64,000 bases of DNA from NCBI GenBank assembly GCA_951406725.2, contig OX597843.1, positions 19,096,001 to 19,160,000 of the forward strand. Direction: 5' to 3'. This document shows positions 1 through 15,574 of this stretch, one piece after another. A program made the position numbers and the translations under genes. Below the pieces are notes generated by a model. That model made no database searches. It saw only the letters and a program-made list of their open reading frames with translations, and had not been told where the DNA came from. Each line of letters begins with the position of its first letter. Positions within the stretch are counted from its first letter, which is position 1. This DNA comes from Octopus vulgaris. Taxonomy: Eukaryota.

Positions 1-104
1 TCTTTCACAGCCCTTCTTTTCATCAGATTTTAAGTCTACAATTTAATATTTTATCAGAAAACGTTTCTATGCTGTTTCCTTTCTAATTTGTTTTATGTGC
101 ACAG

Positions 105-176
105 AACTTTGGAGTATAATAAGATCGAGAAAATCGAACGTGGAAATTTCCTAAATCTTTACAATTTACAGAAACT
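105..176 (+). CDS. 72-bp LRR exon of an LRR/adhesion-type GPCR locus
   Basis: tgcacag acceptor and gtaagt donor, phase 2-2; translates TLEYNKIEKIERGNFLNLYNLQKL, matching the typical LRR consensus LxxNxIxxIxxxxFxxLxxLxxL. Confidence 0.88.
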
Positions 177-440
177 GTAAGTTCAACTTTTGCTGATAAT
201 ATTTTTGTAACGTAATATCACTATAAATTTCAAGTCTATTACATGCACTCGCATTTACACACACACACACACACATACACACACATTTACACACACACAC
301 ACACACATACACTCGCATTTACACACACACACACACACATACACTCGCATTTACACACACCCGCCCGCGCAGACTCAACTCACACACACGCGCAGACACA
401 CACATGCACGTACACACCGACACGGAGATATACATATATA

Positions 441-690
441 GAGGCGCAGTTACTACTGTAGTAAGAATGTTCTTACATATCACTTGGTCCTAAACCCAGT
501 GTCACCCTGTGGCACCCCGTGCGCGTCAATTTTCCTTTTGCTTCGGGTCGACCAAAACTTTTAAGTGGGTTTCGTTGAGGAAAAGTCATACAAATCAGTC
601 GTATGATACATATACATATACATATAATTTATATTGTATGTGTCTTTGTGTCTGCTTTTGTCCCTAACCCACTTAATGTTGGCAAAGAAT
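441..690 (+). mobile_element. degenerate tRNA-derived SINE fragment
   Basis: diverged match to the head and body of the SINE copies at 29477 and 36263. Confidence 0.5.
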
Positions 691-743
691 ATAATCAAGT
701 AAAACGGTATGTGAAATCATAGAAATGTCAGTAATGGTGGGGG

Positions 744-840
744 TGATGATGAAAATGATGATGAAAATGATGATGAAAATGATGATGAAAATGATGATGA
801 AAATGATGATGAAAATGATGATGAAAATGATGATAGTGAT
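744..840. repeat. 12-bp tandem repeat (ATGATGAAAATG)n at the 5' junction of a LINE
   Basis: directly visible; produces the MMMK run of ORF 725..1180. Confidence 0.9.
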
Positions 841-2511
841 ATGTTACGGCAAAATGATCAGCCACCTTTTATATATGGATGACCTAAAACTATACGCTGC
901 AAATGACAAACAGCTGGAAACACTATTAAAGACAGTTCATGGATTTACCAAAGAAATAGATATGAAATTTGGATTAGAAAAATGCGCCAAAGTAACCATG
1001 AAAAGAGGAAAGCTAGTTAAGAGTAACAACATCACACTAGATAAAACCAATGAAATAAAAGAATTAGACCAAAGCCAAACTTACAAATACTTAGGAATCC
1101 ATGAACTAGATAAGACACAACACACACAAATGAAAGAGAAAATAAAAAAGAATATTATAGACGAGTTAGATCAATACTAAAAATAGAGCTCAATGTTAAA
1201 AACAAGATAATAGGTATCAACACTATAGCTGTCCCAGTTATAAGTTACAGCTACAATATCCTTAACTGGACACTAAATGAACTGACCAAAATAGATAGGA
1301 AAACAAGAAAAATAATGACAGGATCTAGGATGCATCACCCAAAATCTGACATAGAAAGACCATATATACAACGTATAGAAGGTGGTAGAGGCCTTATACA
1401 GCTGGAAAACTACAATAAATTAACCACCATAGGACTGAAAACATATCTACTTCAGAAGGAAGGAAAACTGATACAAATAGCGGCAAAACACGAGCAAAAC
1501 AAAAAACAGTTCTCTGTATTTAAGGAAGCTGACAAATACAAACAAGAAATCATACCACCTAATAGATATGAAGAAGAAGAAGAAGAAGATGAAGAAACAA
1601 CAAAAGCTATAAAACAAATGAAATCCAAACTAAAAATAGAACAGCAACGAACCATGATAAAACGATGGCAAGAAAAGCCCCTTCATGGTAAATAGTGCAC
1701 TAAACTAAACGCAAAATAAATAGACAAAGAAAAATCCCAGCAATGGTTGAGAAGCTCAGGACTCAAAGCAGAAACAGAGGGATTTTTAATTGCAGCACAA
1801 GACCAAAGCCTCCCCACCAGAAATTACCAAAAATATGTAATGAAAAGAAATATAACAAGTAACTGCAGAATATGTGGAGATGGACAAGAAACAATAAATC
1901 ATATTATCTCTGGCTGCCCAGTCCTGGCGAAGAAGGAATATATTCACAGAAATACATAACAAAAACACCAGGACTTACAAACACATATAACAACAGAAAA
2001 AAGATGGTATAGGCACACACCAGAAAAGGTCACAGAAAACGAGAAAGCAACCATACTCTGGGATATGCCGATACACACAGATAGAGAAATTAAGGCCAAC
2101 AGACCAGATATAGTTGTCAGAGATCATGAAGAAAACAAATGCTTTCTAATTGATGTATCAATACCGGCAGATGACAACGTGTCTCTAAAAGAAATGGAGA
2201 AACTTTCAAAATACAAAGACCTGGAAATGGAGGTAACCAGAATGTGGAATCTAAAAACAGAAACAATTCCTATCATAGTAGGTGCATTAGGCATGATAAA
2301 AAATATTCAGATAAATACATAACAAAAACACCAGGACTTACAAACACATATAACATACAGAGAATTGCACTATTAGGCACTGCACACATCCTACGCAGAA
2401 CACTTTCCATACAATAACCATCAGAGCATCACAACAAATCACAGCACATACCCAAGGCAACAGAGCTGCGCTCGTAGTGAAGTGAAAGCACGCTATAAAA
2501 TAAAACTACTG
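841..2511 (+). mobile_element. 5'-truncated RLE non-LTR retrotransposon (R4/Dong-like), family A, disrupted
   Basis: RT motif LYMDDLKL, MHHPKSD, AAQDQSL, CCHC knuckle CRICGDGQETINHIISGC, PD-(D/E)xK endonuclease RPDIVV..LIDVS..EKLSKY; 3' end abuts (TAA)n; contains stops and frameshifts. Confidence 0.92.
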
Positions 2512-2524
2512 AGTGATAACAATG

Positions 2525-4362
<1,838 letters not shown>

Positions 4363-4819
4363 TAATAATAAAATTAATAATAAGAGACAATCCAGAAGAT
4401 CAAGTAAACGAGGATCGTACTGTTGAAGAAGATGAGGATCTGGGAAGAGGAGGAGGTGGAGGAAGTGTGGTATAATGTAAAGGATAGGATGATAAAGATG
4501 TTGAAGTGAATGTAACCGTGGAAGAAAGAGAAGGGCAACAACAACAACGACAACAAAATAGTTGTAGAAGTAGAAGGAGAAAAAATGAAGAAGAAAAAGA
4601 AGAAAAAGTAGAAGATAAGGTAAAAGAGAAGTAAATGTAGATGAAGGGAAAGATGTAGAAATGGAAGGGGGGGAAGGATCCCTACATAATAAGGAAAAGG
4701 AAAAACAGAAAAAAAAAACAAAATGAATAATTTAAAAAATAGGAGAAACGGAAAGAGAAGAGAAAGTAACAGAAAGAGTCATCAATTTTTCATTCCCCTC
4801 TCGCGTTCCATGCAGTCTT

Positions 4820-6560
4820 GCCATTGCCACTTTCAATTCGGAGTACTTGGTGATGTTTTTGCAACCTCTTTACTCACAATATTCATATCATTTGGCATGG
4901 GTGCATCAAGGGTCTGAAAGAATTTGTCTCTCTCATTCAATATGACAATATCCAACCGACGGTGTTCGACAACACGATCCGTCTGGAAATCAGAGTCCCA
5001 GAGTATCGTTACTTTTCCCTCCTCCTGCATAACTTTACTTGGTACATGTAAAGTTACCAGTTCTCTTTTGCCTCATGTCGGTATTTACGGCATAAGAGCC
5101 AATGAAGTTACACACTCCCGCTATCCTGGCGGCGCTTGTATTCTTTTTGTGCTAGGCTCTCACATCCCCTTACCCTTTTCCACACACTTTCCACAGAGTC
5201 TGCATTTCTGGGTGTCAGAAGTTTTAGTGATGTTATACTTCACTGATTTGGTAGCGAGAGCCTGGTCTTATGCAGCAATGATCAGGCTTTCGGTGGTACG
5301 CTTCAAATCACCTCGCTCAAAGCCCACGATGCTGTATTATCCTTAACGTCCTGTGTATTCCTTTCAAACTATCCATGCATTCTCATTTCACGAAGGTCTT
5401 CTTTTCTCTTCTCCTCAGCTCTAAGGTTAAACTCTGCCTTGTCCATCATTTCATTTGAATTTACACCTATATCTTTCGCAGCATATTGCAACAGTTCTTC
5501 ATCACTATTCATCAAATATTCGCCAAGCGTTCTCCTTTCACTCAAGGGTCTATATTAATTAGTCCTCTGCCACCATTCTTTCTTTTCACATACAGACTGT
5601 TTACGTTTGCGTTAGGGTGTAGCACCCCATGCAGCCTCATCAACTTTTTCATCTTTTTATCCAGTGTTGATATTTCCTCCTTGGGACATTTGAGGATGGT
5701 TGCACTGTATCTGACCACCGATACTGCACCGATTTTTTTTGCGGTAATCACATTTTTGGCACTCAGGTTCGATTTCAACACTATCTTCGCCCTTTTATGA
5801 TACACCTCGCTAATCTTGATTTTCATTTCTCTGTGTAGAATGTCATCCAAATTCTCCAAATATCTATGCCCACAACCGTCGGGTTCACCTATGGTCACTC
5901 TTCATGGTACCCACAATCCTCTGCAGTCTGCTTTCTTCCCTCGTTTCATTTTAAGTCCTGAGCATTTGGTAATCCTGAATTCCAAGGCGATGTCCCAACC
6001 ATACTTCTCACCTGTTTTGATTAAGGAATTTATCTGTTTTTCAGATTTCCCAAACAGTTTCAGGTCATCTATAAACAGAAGATGGTTCAATGATGGGCTT
6101 TTCTTCCCACATCCAGAACCCATCTTAACTTTCCTAAGTGTCATTGTTATGGGTAATAGTGCAATTACAAATAGTAACGAAGAAAACAAGTCACCTTGGC
6201 AGATGCCCCTTTTCATATTAACTCATCCAAGGAATACACTGAGTACAATTTGGTTTTCCACTCTTTCATATTATGCATCAGAAAATTTGTGATGTGAGCA
6301 ACACCAAACATCTGTATGCATTCAACTATCCAGGAATGAGACATCATATGCCTTCTTAAAGTCAATCCGAGCTATAGACATATTTGTATGTTTTTTTTCG
6401 CCAGGCCTCAAGCCTGTTTTATCGATGACCAGGTGATCCTGGGTACCTGATAACTCTTCCTACATCCTTTTTGTTCCATTGGTAGTATTTCTTCCTGTGC
6501 CAGGAAAATATGTGGTTTTGCCGCACGTATTTCAGTGATTATCTTCTAGATTATGTGTAG
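4820..6560 (-). mobile_element. degraded RLE non-LTR retrotransposon, family C
   Basis: GICQGD..SLLF, LNHLLFIDDLKLF, LHPNANV and ILWDSDFQTDRVVEHRRLDIV fragments on the - strand. Confidence 0.85.
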
Positions 6561-6588
6561 GCGTGCTATGGGATAATAGTTCCCATCA

Positions 6589-6667
<79 letters not shown>

Positions 6668-6678
6668 CATTATTATTA

Positions 6679-6751
<73 letters not shown>

Positions 6752-6769
6752 CATTATTATTATTATTAT

Positions 6770-6803
6770 TCAGTAGTTATATTTTTATAGCGTGCTTTCA
6801 CAC
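6770..6803 (-). mobile_element. about 30-bp 3' stub of RLE family A inside a (TTA)n tract
   Basis: reverse complement matches the family A terminus tgaaagcacgctataaaa..aactactga (2482-2511). Confidence 0.75.
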
Positions 6804-6853
6804 AATATTATTATTATTATTATTATTAATATTATTATTATTATTATTATTAC

Positions 6854-6892
<39 letters not shown>

Positions 6893-6894
6893 CA

Positions 6895-8304
<1,410 letters not shown>

Positions 8305-8335
8305 GCTATTATTATTATTATTATTATTATTATTA

Positions 8336-8784
8336 GTGAGAGAGCAGTGCATGCCATCAAAGTGACACTGGGGTAAAATATACAAAGCCCAGTATACCCA
8401 TCATGACTACCCGTCTGATAAGGGTACACCAGGCACATGCACCACAACCATATGTGCACGACATGGTAAACTCATAACAAGATAAACAGGATATGACCTT
8501 GCAGGTGGGGCCCAGTTAGAATTTTCCTCTGATCGGGTAACCCATCCCACTCAAAAGGTCCATGATTAAGGGTTGTTTAAGGACGTTGAACGAAACACCC
8601 ATGTTTCCAGAGGTGAATTATTCAAACCCCAAAGAATCCCTCGCAACACATGGCTATGATGCTCCTCCACTACTTCTGCTCGAGATCAGAGATGCACATA
8701 TCGTCAGCCACTAAGGGACATGCTCAACTGGTTAAGGTCAAACAAGATCAGAAGCTATGAGAGCCACTGCCTGGTACTACTGCA
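8336..8784 (-). mobile_element. non-coding interspersed element embedded in (TTA)n, copy 1 (internally deleted)
   Basis: homologous to 24270..24805 with the same two ends; trinucleotide tracts on both sides; strand inferred from the RLE orientation rule. Confidence 0.75.
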
Positions 8785-9419
8785 TTATCATCATCATCAT
8801 AATCATCATCATCATTATTATTACTATTATTCCTTTTACTATTTCTTTTCCGATTTCTTTTCCTCCTTGTTCTTATTCTTCTTCTTGCTCTCCTTTTCCT
8901 TTTATTTCTCATTTCTTATTGTTTTTCTCTTCTTGCACATCTTCTTTTCGTCCTTGTTCTTTTCTACTTTGTGTTCTTTGTTCTCTTCGTTTTCTTCTTT
9001 ATCTTCTTCATTCTCTTCATCTTTTCTCTTTCTACATCAATCTCTTAAAGCTTCTCAGTTTCATTCTCCTTTCTCATTTACTTCTACTTCTTCCTAAACA
9101 TATTTCTTTCTTTCCTTTTTCTTTTTCTTCGTTTTCTTTTCTTCTCCTCCTTCTCCTTCTTCTTCATCTCCTTTTCAATATCTTTTTCCTTTTTTCTTTA
9201 TACTTTTTTCTTTTTTCTTTCTACTCCTTCTTTTTCGTTTCCTTTTTTGTTTCTTCTGCTTCTTTCACTTCTTATTCTTCTACTTCTTTTTCTTCCTTCT
9301 TCATGTTTATCATAACATGCCTTGTCATCGTTTGGTCCATTCTAGTCCCACATTATTGCATTTGTTATGACATTTTTTTCCATATCAACTGTTATACTTG
9401 TTTTTTTTTATTTCTGCAG

Positions 9420-9491
9420 ATTTTTAAACGGAAATAATATTTCGAGCATTGAAGAAGAGAGCTTCCGAGCTCTTCGTCGATTACAGCAATT
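9420..9491 (+). CDS. 72-bp LRR exon
   Basis: tttctgcag acceptor and gtaagt donor, phase 2-2; FLNGNNISSIEEESFRALRRLQQL. Confidence 0.9.
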
Positions 9492-10408
9492 GTAAGTTCG
9501 TTCAGTTTTGCTGATAATACATTATTAATCTTATTGTTTCACAACTTTGTGCCCTCCTTCTCTCTTTTCCCTCGCTCTTTTATCACTCTAATTCATATTC
9601 TGTCCCTATATTGGCTCTATATCTGTTCCATTGTATAATATATATATATATATCTGCATCAAAACTCATTAACGGAATGCATGTTTGTATGTTCTTCTAT
9701 ATATATATGAGTGTCTGCGCGTATATATGACTATATAATTAGCATTAATATGATTCGCTTTCTCTTTCTTTTCTACCGGTTGTATTTTCCCGTCTTCCCG
9801 AATTCTTCTATTCATTTCCGACCTCTTCCTTCGTTCCATGTTATTTATCTAATGCAGCAACCTACATACAGTTGGAATAGTGAAAAATATAGTCGCATAT
9901 TTCTTTCTCTTTGTAAACGACACCAGTTCCCGTCACGTGTAATGAGCATCAATTTCCCAGATACTCTTTTACTGATGATATCTTCATAAACATTTGATCT
10001 GTTCTCATATTCATTCTTCGCTCGTTTTCTCCCTTTCAACTTATATTCTTTCAAATCATATTCTCATGTGTGTTTCAGTCGAGAATGTGAGTGCAACTTT
10101 GGGTGTGTATCATTGTATACACAAGTGCATGTGTGTATGAATGTATATGTATATGTGTGCCAGCCAGTATGTGCTTACGTATGTATCTCATTGCATGCAT
10201 ATGTGTTTTTCTTTTCCAACTTATTATCTTTGTCCAGGGGCCGTTCTCAAGCTCCGGATTATTCGTTGACATCATTTAAGTACTTTTTCTGTTTTTATCT
10301 TCATTAGCATCTTCGTTTTAAACACGTCTTCCTCTTGTTTTCTTTGCCTTCTTCGTTTCTTTCTTCTTATTCTTCTTCTTCTTCTTATTATTATTATTAT
10401 TATTATTA

Positions 10409-10478
<70 letters not shown>

Positions 10479-10601
10479 CATTATTATTATTATTATTATT
10501 TGACTTCTCATCCATTTTTTCCACTTTAAAGAAAAGTGATTTAATAACCTGTTATAAATATTTTCTATATCAACATTTATCCTATTTCTTTTCTGCTATA
10601 G

Positions 10602-10673
10602 ATCTCTTCAAAGAAACAGTATTTCGCATATTGAAAAGGGGATCTTCGAAGGTCTTATATTTTTAGAGAAATT
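10602..10673 (+). CDS. 72-bp LRR exon
   Basis: ctgctatag acceptor and gtaagt donor, phase 2-2; SLQRNSISHIEKGIFEGLIFLEKL. Confidence 0.88.
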
Positions 10674-11095
10674 GTAAGTTGGTATACTTTTTTCATACAA
10701 CGTTATGAATATAATATTTCTATATACTTAATGTCTTCTCGTTTCTCTTTCACTCTTTTCACTCTTACTAATTTTCTGTTCCTATCTTTGCCTTATCTTG
10801 TTCTGTATCTGAGGATGAGTTCAACTGAGATTTTATATGTTTTTTTATCAAAACATATTAATAGAAATGTAATATGTATGTTCATATGTATTTGAGTGTC
10901 GGCGTATATATATTTGACTATATAATTCCTATCGATATGTTTTGCCTCCACCTTAGTTATCCATTCGCGTCTTGAATTTTGTTTTTCCTCTTATTTTCTT
11001 ACCGTCTTCTTTTCCTTCCAATTTCTTTTATCCAACTGCAATTTAGTTTATTTATCTAATACAACCTGTATATATGCAAGTCGAACATATAAATA

Positions 11096-11970
11096 CTGGG
11101 TCATCCTATAAATAATGTGGTTTCCAGATGCATGAAATAAAAGTCGCAGTGGGACGGGATAAACTACCTTTATAGACTCCCTATAAAAGCAGATAATAAT
11201 TTTACCACGGATGTATTCTTAGAGCACGTTTTGAAGAGTGCAGTTCTATTTTAAGAGTTATTGTTTCAAAGCTATAATTGTAGTGACAAAGGAACATATT
11301 CGGCATATTTTGCTTTATGACTTCAATAAAGGCAGCAATGCAACGGGAAGTACGAGGAATATTAGTGCAGTTTATGGGGATCGGACAATAAGCGTAAGCC
11401 AGTGTCAACGGTGGTTCCAGAAATTCCAATCATGAAACTACAGCGTAGAAGACGAGCCTCCTCCTAGAAGTTTTATGGAGTGCAAGTGGGACGCCCTGCA
11501 AACCCTAGTGGAATAAGTAGAGAAGCTTGGATTTGATCATTCAACCAGTCACTCAAGTCAGCGCTAGAAGAAAATGACCGTCTTTGGTTTCAATACGAAA
11601 GTTGTTCTTCCATCAGGATATAGCGAGGATGACGTTCCAAAGGCTGGAGCAGTTTGGATGGGAAACCATGATCCACCCAACATAATCGGCGGACTTTAAC
11701 CCATCTGGTTATCATCTATTTTGCAGTCTTCAAAGTAATCTGGACGGAAAAAATATGAATTCTATAGAAGAGGTCAGAACATTACTGGAGGAATATTTTT
11801 AGCCAGGGACAAGTGAATTTTAGAAGAGAGGACTTGCACATCTACCAGCTAGATGGAAAGAGCATATTCCAAAATGGAGGAGAGTATATTCAAGATTTGA
11901 AAAGAACGTCATCTTAATTTCGAAAAAATAAGAAGTATAAAAAACCGGCAATATTAATGGGATGACTCAT
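11096..11970 (+). mobile_element. Tc1/mariner DNA transposon, internally deleted and decayed
   Basis: HTH KEHIRHILLYDFNKGSNA..RNISAVYG..SQCQRWFQKF; imperfect TIRs (CTGGGTCATCCTATAAATAATG / ATATTAATGGGATGACTCAT) flanked by TA. Confidence 0.88.
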
Positions 11971-13403
11971 TATATGTACTTACAATATTGCTACCTATTC
12001 CATTCTCTCTATAAACATAACCAGCTTACAACACTTACAATTGGCACCATATGCCTCATAATATGCCAGTGTAGTTACATTTCTAACTATTTTAGGTTTT
12101 CTTCTAATTATATTTCTTCTTATTTCAAACTAATACGTGTGAGTGTGTGTGAATGTGTGTGTGAAGTATGGGTGTAGCTGAAACACATTTTGATATCGTG
12201 TGAATGATTGTACGTGAGCATCACTGTATGAGCATGTATGTCTATCTCACAACATGTATCTGTGTTATTTTTCCACCATGTTCTTTTCCTCCAGAGTCCA
12301 TTCTCAATCGGCGAAATGGTCGCCACCGTTTCTTTAATTACATTTTCTGAGTTTTTTTTATATTTTGTACCACCTCATCATTTTCATCATGCCATCTTCT
12401 AATTTTCATCTTTCCCAGCTTCTTCTGCTTCTTCTTCTTCTTCTTCTTCTTCTTCTTCTTCTTCTTCTTCTCCTCCTCATCCTCCTCCTTCCTTCTTCTT
12501 CTTCTTTTCATTCTTCCCTCCTTTTTTCTTCTTCTAACACTACTTTTCTCTTTTCTTTTCCTCTTCTTCTTGTCTGCTTCATCTTCTTTTCTTCTCCTTC
12601 GTCTTATTCATCTTCATCCTTTTCTTCGTCTTCTTATTCATATTCTTTTTCGTCCACTTCTTCTTCTTCTTCTTCTTCTTCTTTTTCTTCTTCTTCTTCT
12701 TCTTCTTCTTTACCTCATTCCTTCATTCACCTTCATTCCCTCTCCTCTTTCTTGCTCGTTTCCTATTTTTCTTCGTCCTTTTCCTCGTCTTCTACTTCCT
12801 TTTATTTGTCTTCTTTTCCGCCTTCTTCTTCATCTCCCTCGTCTTCCTTTTCTTCTTTTCTCTTCTTTTATGTCTTCTTTTCTTCTTTGAATCTTACTCT
12901 CTTTCGCTTCATCTTGTTATATCCGTACACCCCCAATATCGTAGTACGGTCGATATTGTCGACGATCGATCAAGAACACACAGCGGCAGTAACAGACACG
13001 TAACGAACCAACAATTTTTATGAATCAACAACACACTCGAACAGCAACCAGTACCTGGACTTCGAAGACCAAACTAGCAACTGCCAACTACGTCCGACCA
13101 ATACTATTTATATGTAGTGGTCGCGTCTATTCTCGTCAGAGGTTGTCCTACTCTCGCTACACACATTTATCTCCAACTCTGGAAATCTATACGTTCTACG
13201 GTTGTTTTTCCTTCCCCATCTCCGATATTATCCTCATTTTCTCTTTCTGTAGCACCCCTTTATTATCATCAACAGCAGCATCATCATTAGGCTTCTCTCT
13301 GTCATTGTTAAATGTTCTTTTTCTGATTTTAAGACTGACGATTGAATATTTCATCAGAAGACTTTCGTTTACACTTTCCTTTATATATTGTTTTATGTCA
13401 CAG

Positions 13404-13475
13404 ATATTTGAACAATAATACAATCGAGGAAATCGATCGAGGAAGTTTTGATAGCCTTACCCGTTTATCGTTATT
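13404..13475 (+). CDS. 72-bp LRR exon
   Basis: atgtcacag acceptor and gtaagt donor, phase 2-2; YLNNNTIEEIDRGSFDSLTRLSLL. Confidence 0.9.
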
Positions 13476-13917
13476 GTAAGTTCAACTTTCATTCCCTTTC
13501 TTCCTTTCTTTCTTTCTTTCTTTCTTTCTTTATTTCTTTCCCTTTCTGTCTTTCTGACTAACTTATTTTCGATATATCGCCCATGAGTCTATGGTTCTAG
13601 GTGAATATGTGTCTTTGTATTTCTGTGTGTGTAAGTGTATGATCATATATGTTTGTGCGTCTATTTGTGAGTAAGAAAGGTCATAGTTATTAACTGTAAA
13701 TCATGCTATTAATGAATTACTTTAAACAACTATGAAAATGAAATCAATATATATGTGTGTGTCGTCCTGGTAACTTAATGGTTAGGCAAAGGAGACCGAG
13801 ACAGTAAGTAATAGCTAAAAATATTGCACTAAGGTCGATTCATTCGACTAAACTTCTGTAAGTTGCCGTCCCAGCATGGCCGCATTCAAATGTGTGAAAT
13901 AAGTAAATGAAAACAAT

Positions 13918-14030
<113 letters not shown>

Positions 14031-14445
14031 TGTTTGTCTGTGTATATATATGTATGCATTTTTGTCTCTGTGATTGTCCCCCAACACAATCACTTGACAT
14101 CTGATGTTGATATGTTTAAATCCCCGTAACTTAGCGGTTCGGCCAAATAGACCGACAGAATAAGAACTACACTTAGAAGGGAAAACACCTGAGGTCTATT
14201 TGCTTGAGTAAAGGCAGTACTCCAGCATGACCGGAGTCAAATTAGTGAGCCAAAAGTTGAGTAAGCGAGTAATATATATACGTAAAATGGATATATATAT
14301 ATATGAATGTATATATAAATACATATGTATATACATATATATATATATATATATTCATCTATATACTTGTATGTGCATGTATGTGTGTTTATATTTATAT
14401 ATACATATATATATATATGTATATATATATATATGTGTGTGTGTG

Positions 14446-14477
<32 letters not shown>

Positions 14478-14481
14478 TATT

Positions 14482-14528
<47 letters not shown>

Positions 14529-14534
14529 GTGTGT

Positions 14535-15060
14535 AAGAGGGACACAAGATGGAGGTTTTGAGAAGTTTTATAAGTCCCTTCAATTGTTTCGATCCATTTA
14601 GCATCCACCGCGTACGGGTGGGATACTTAACAACTTCTTTGGTAGCATCCGTTGGTGTAGATGTGTCTCTTCAGGTGATAATTGGATATAAGTCGGAGAA
14701 ACAATGGCTATTTTGCAAGGTAACTTCTCGGTTCGTGTACAGGAATGTAGCAAATTGTAGGATATAGCCTCATTTATATAGATCAAAGCTAAAAATGAAC
14801 AGATGTACAATAAATGAATGCCTTTATATGCATGTAAAGAGGGTTTGAGACGCAGACATTATTCCAGTGATTTGGAGGTGAAAACTATTGAAGAAGTGGC
14901 TCAAAGAATATTACGGGGTGGGGATACATGCTCTCATTCGAAGGTGGTACATTGCTATTGAGAGAAACGGTGACTATGTTGATGTGATTCACAGAGGACC
15001 AGCTTCGTTTTGATGTATGATACATGTTCCTGTGTTGGTAATTATATTTGGCCTAAAAAA
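14535..15060 (-). mobile_element. Penelope-like element 3' remnant with a degenerate hammerhead motif (14574-14680)
   Basis: - strand CTGAAGA-GA...TC-GAAAC-AATT-GAA (the U of the cleavage triplet is mutated); upstream LRLKPSLH resembles the end of a PLE GIY-YIG ORF; ends at (TA)n/(TG)n. Confidence 0.55.
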
Positions 15061-15361
15061 AAACGGTATTATTTTTTGACTCACCCTCGTAGCTATAACA
15101 CTATTAATGCTACTATCACGATGTGGCCGTAATTCTTCCTGTCTGCTTCTTCTTCTTGTTCTTATTCTTCTTGTTCTTATTATTTTTCTTCTTCTTCTTC
15201 TTCTTCTTCTTCTTCTTCTTCTTCTTCTTCTTCTTCATGATCATGATCATCAGCATCATCATTATCTTCTGCTTCCTCTTCTTTTTCTTCATTTTCTTCT
15301 CCACCTCCTCTTACTCCTTCTTTTTTCTTATTCAGCTCTTCCACTACCTATGCTTCTTTTT

Positions 15362-15439
<78 letters not shown>

Positions 15440-15574
15440 TTAGTACTAGAAGTAGAAGCACGTCCTTCTACTATGGGTTTTATTCCTGCACCTTTCGTCT
15501 TCACTATTTTCCTCACTATTTTCCTCTCCATTTTCTTCTTCGTTCCTTCCTTTTTAAATTATTCAACTTCTTTC

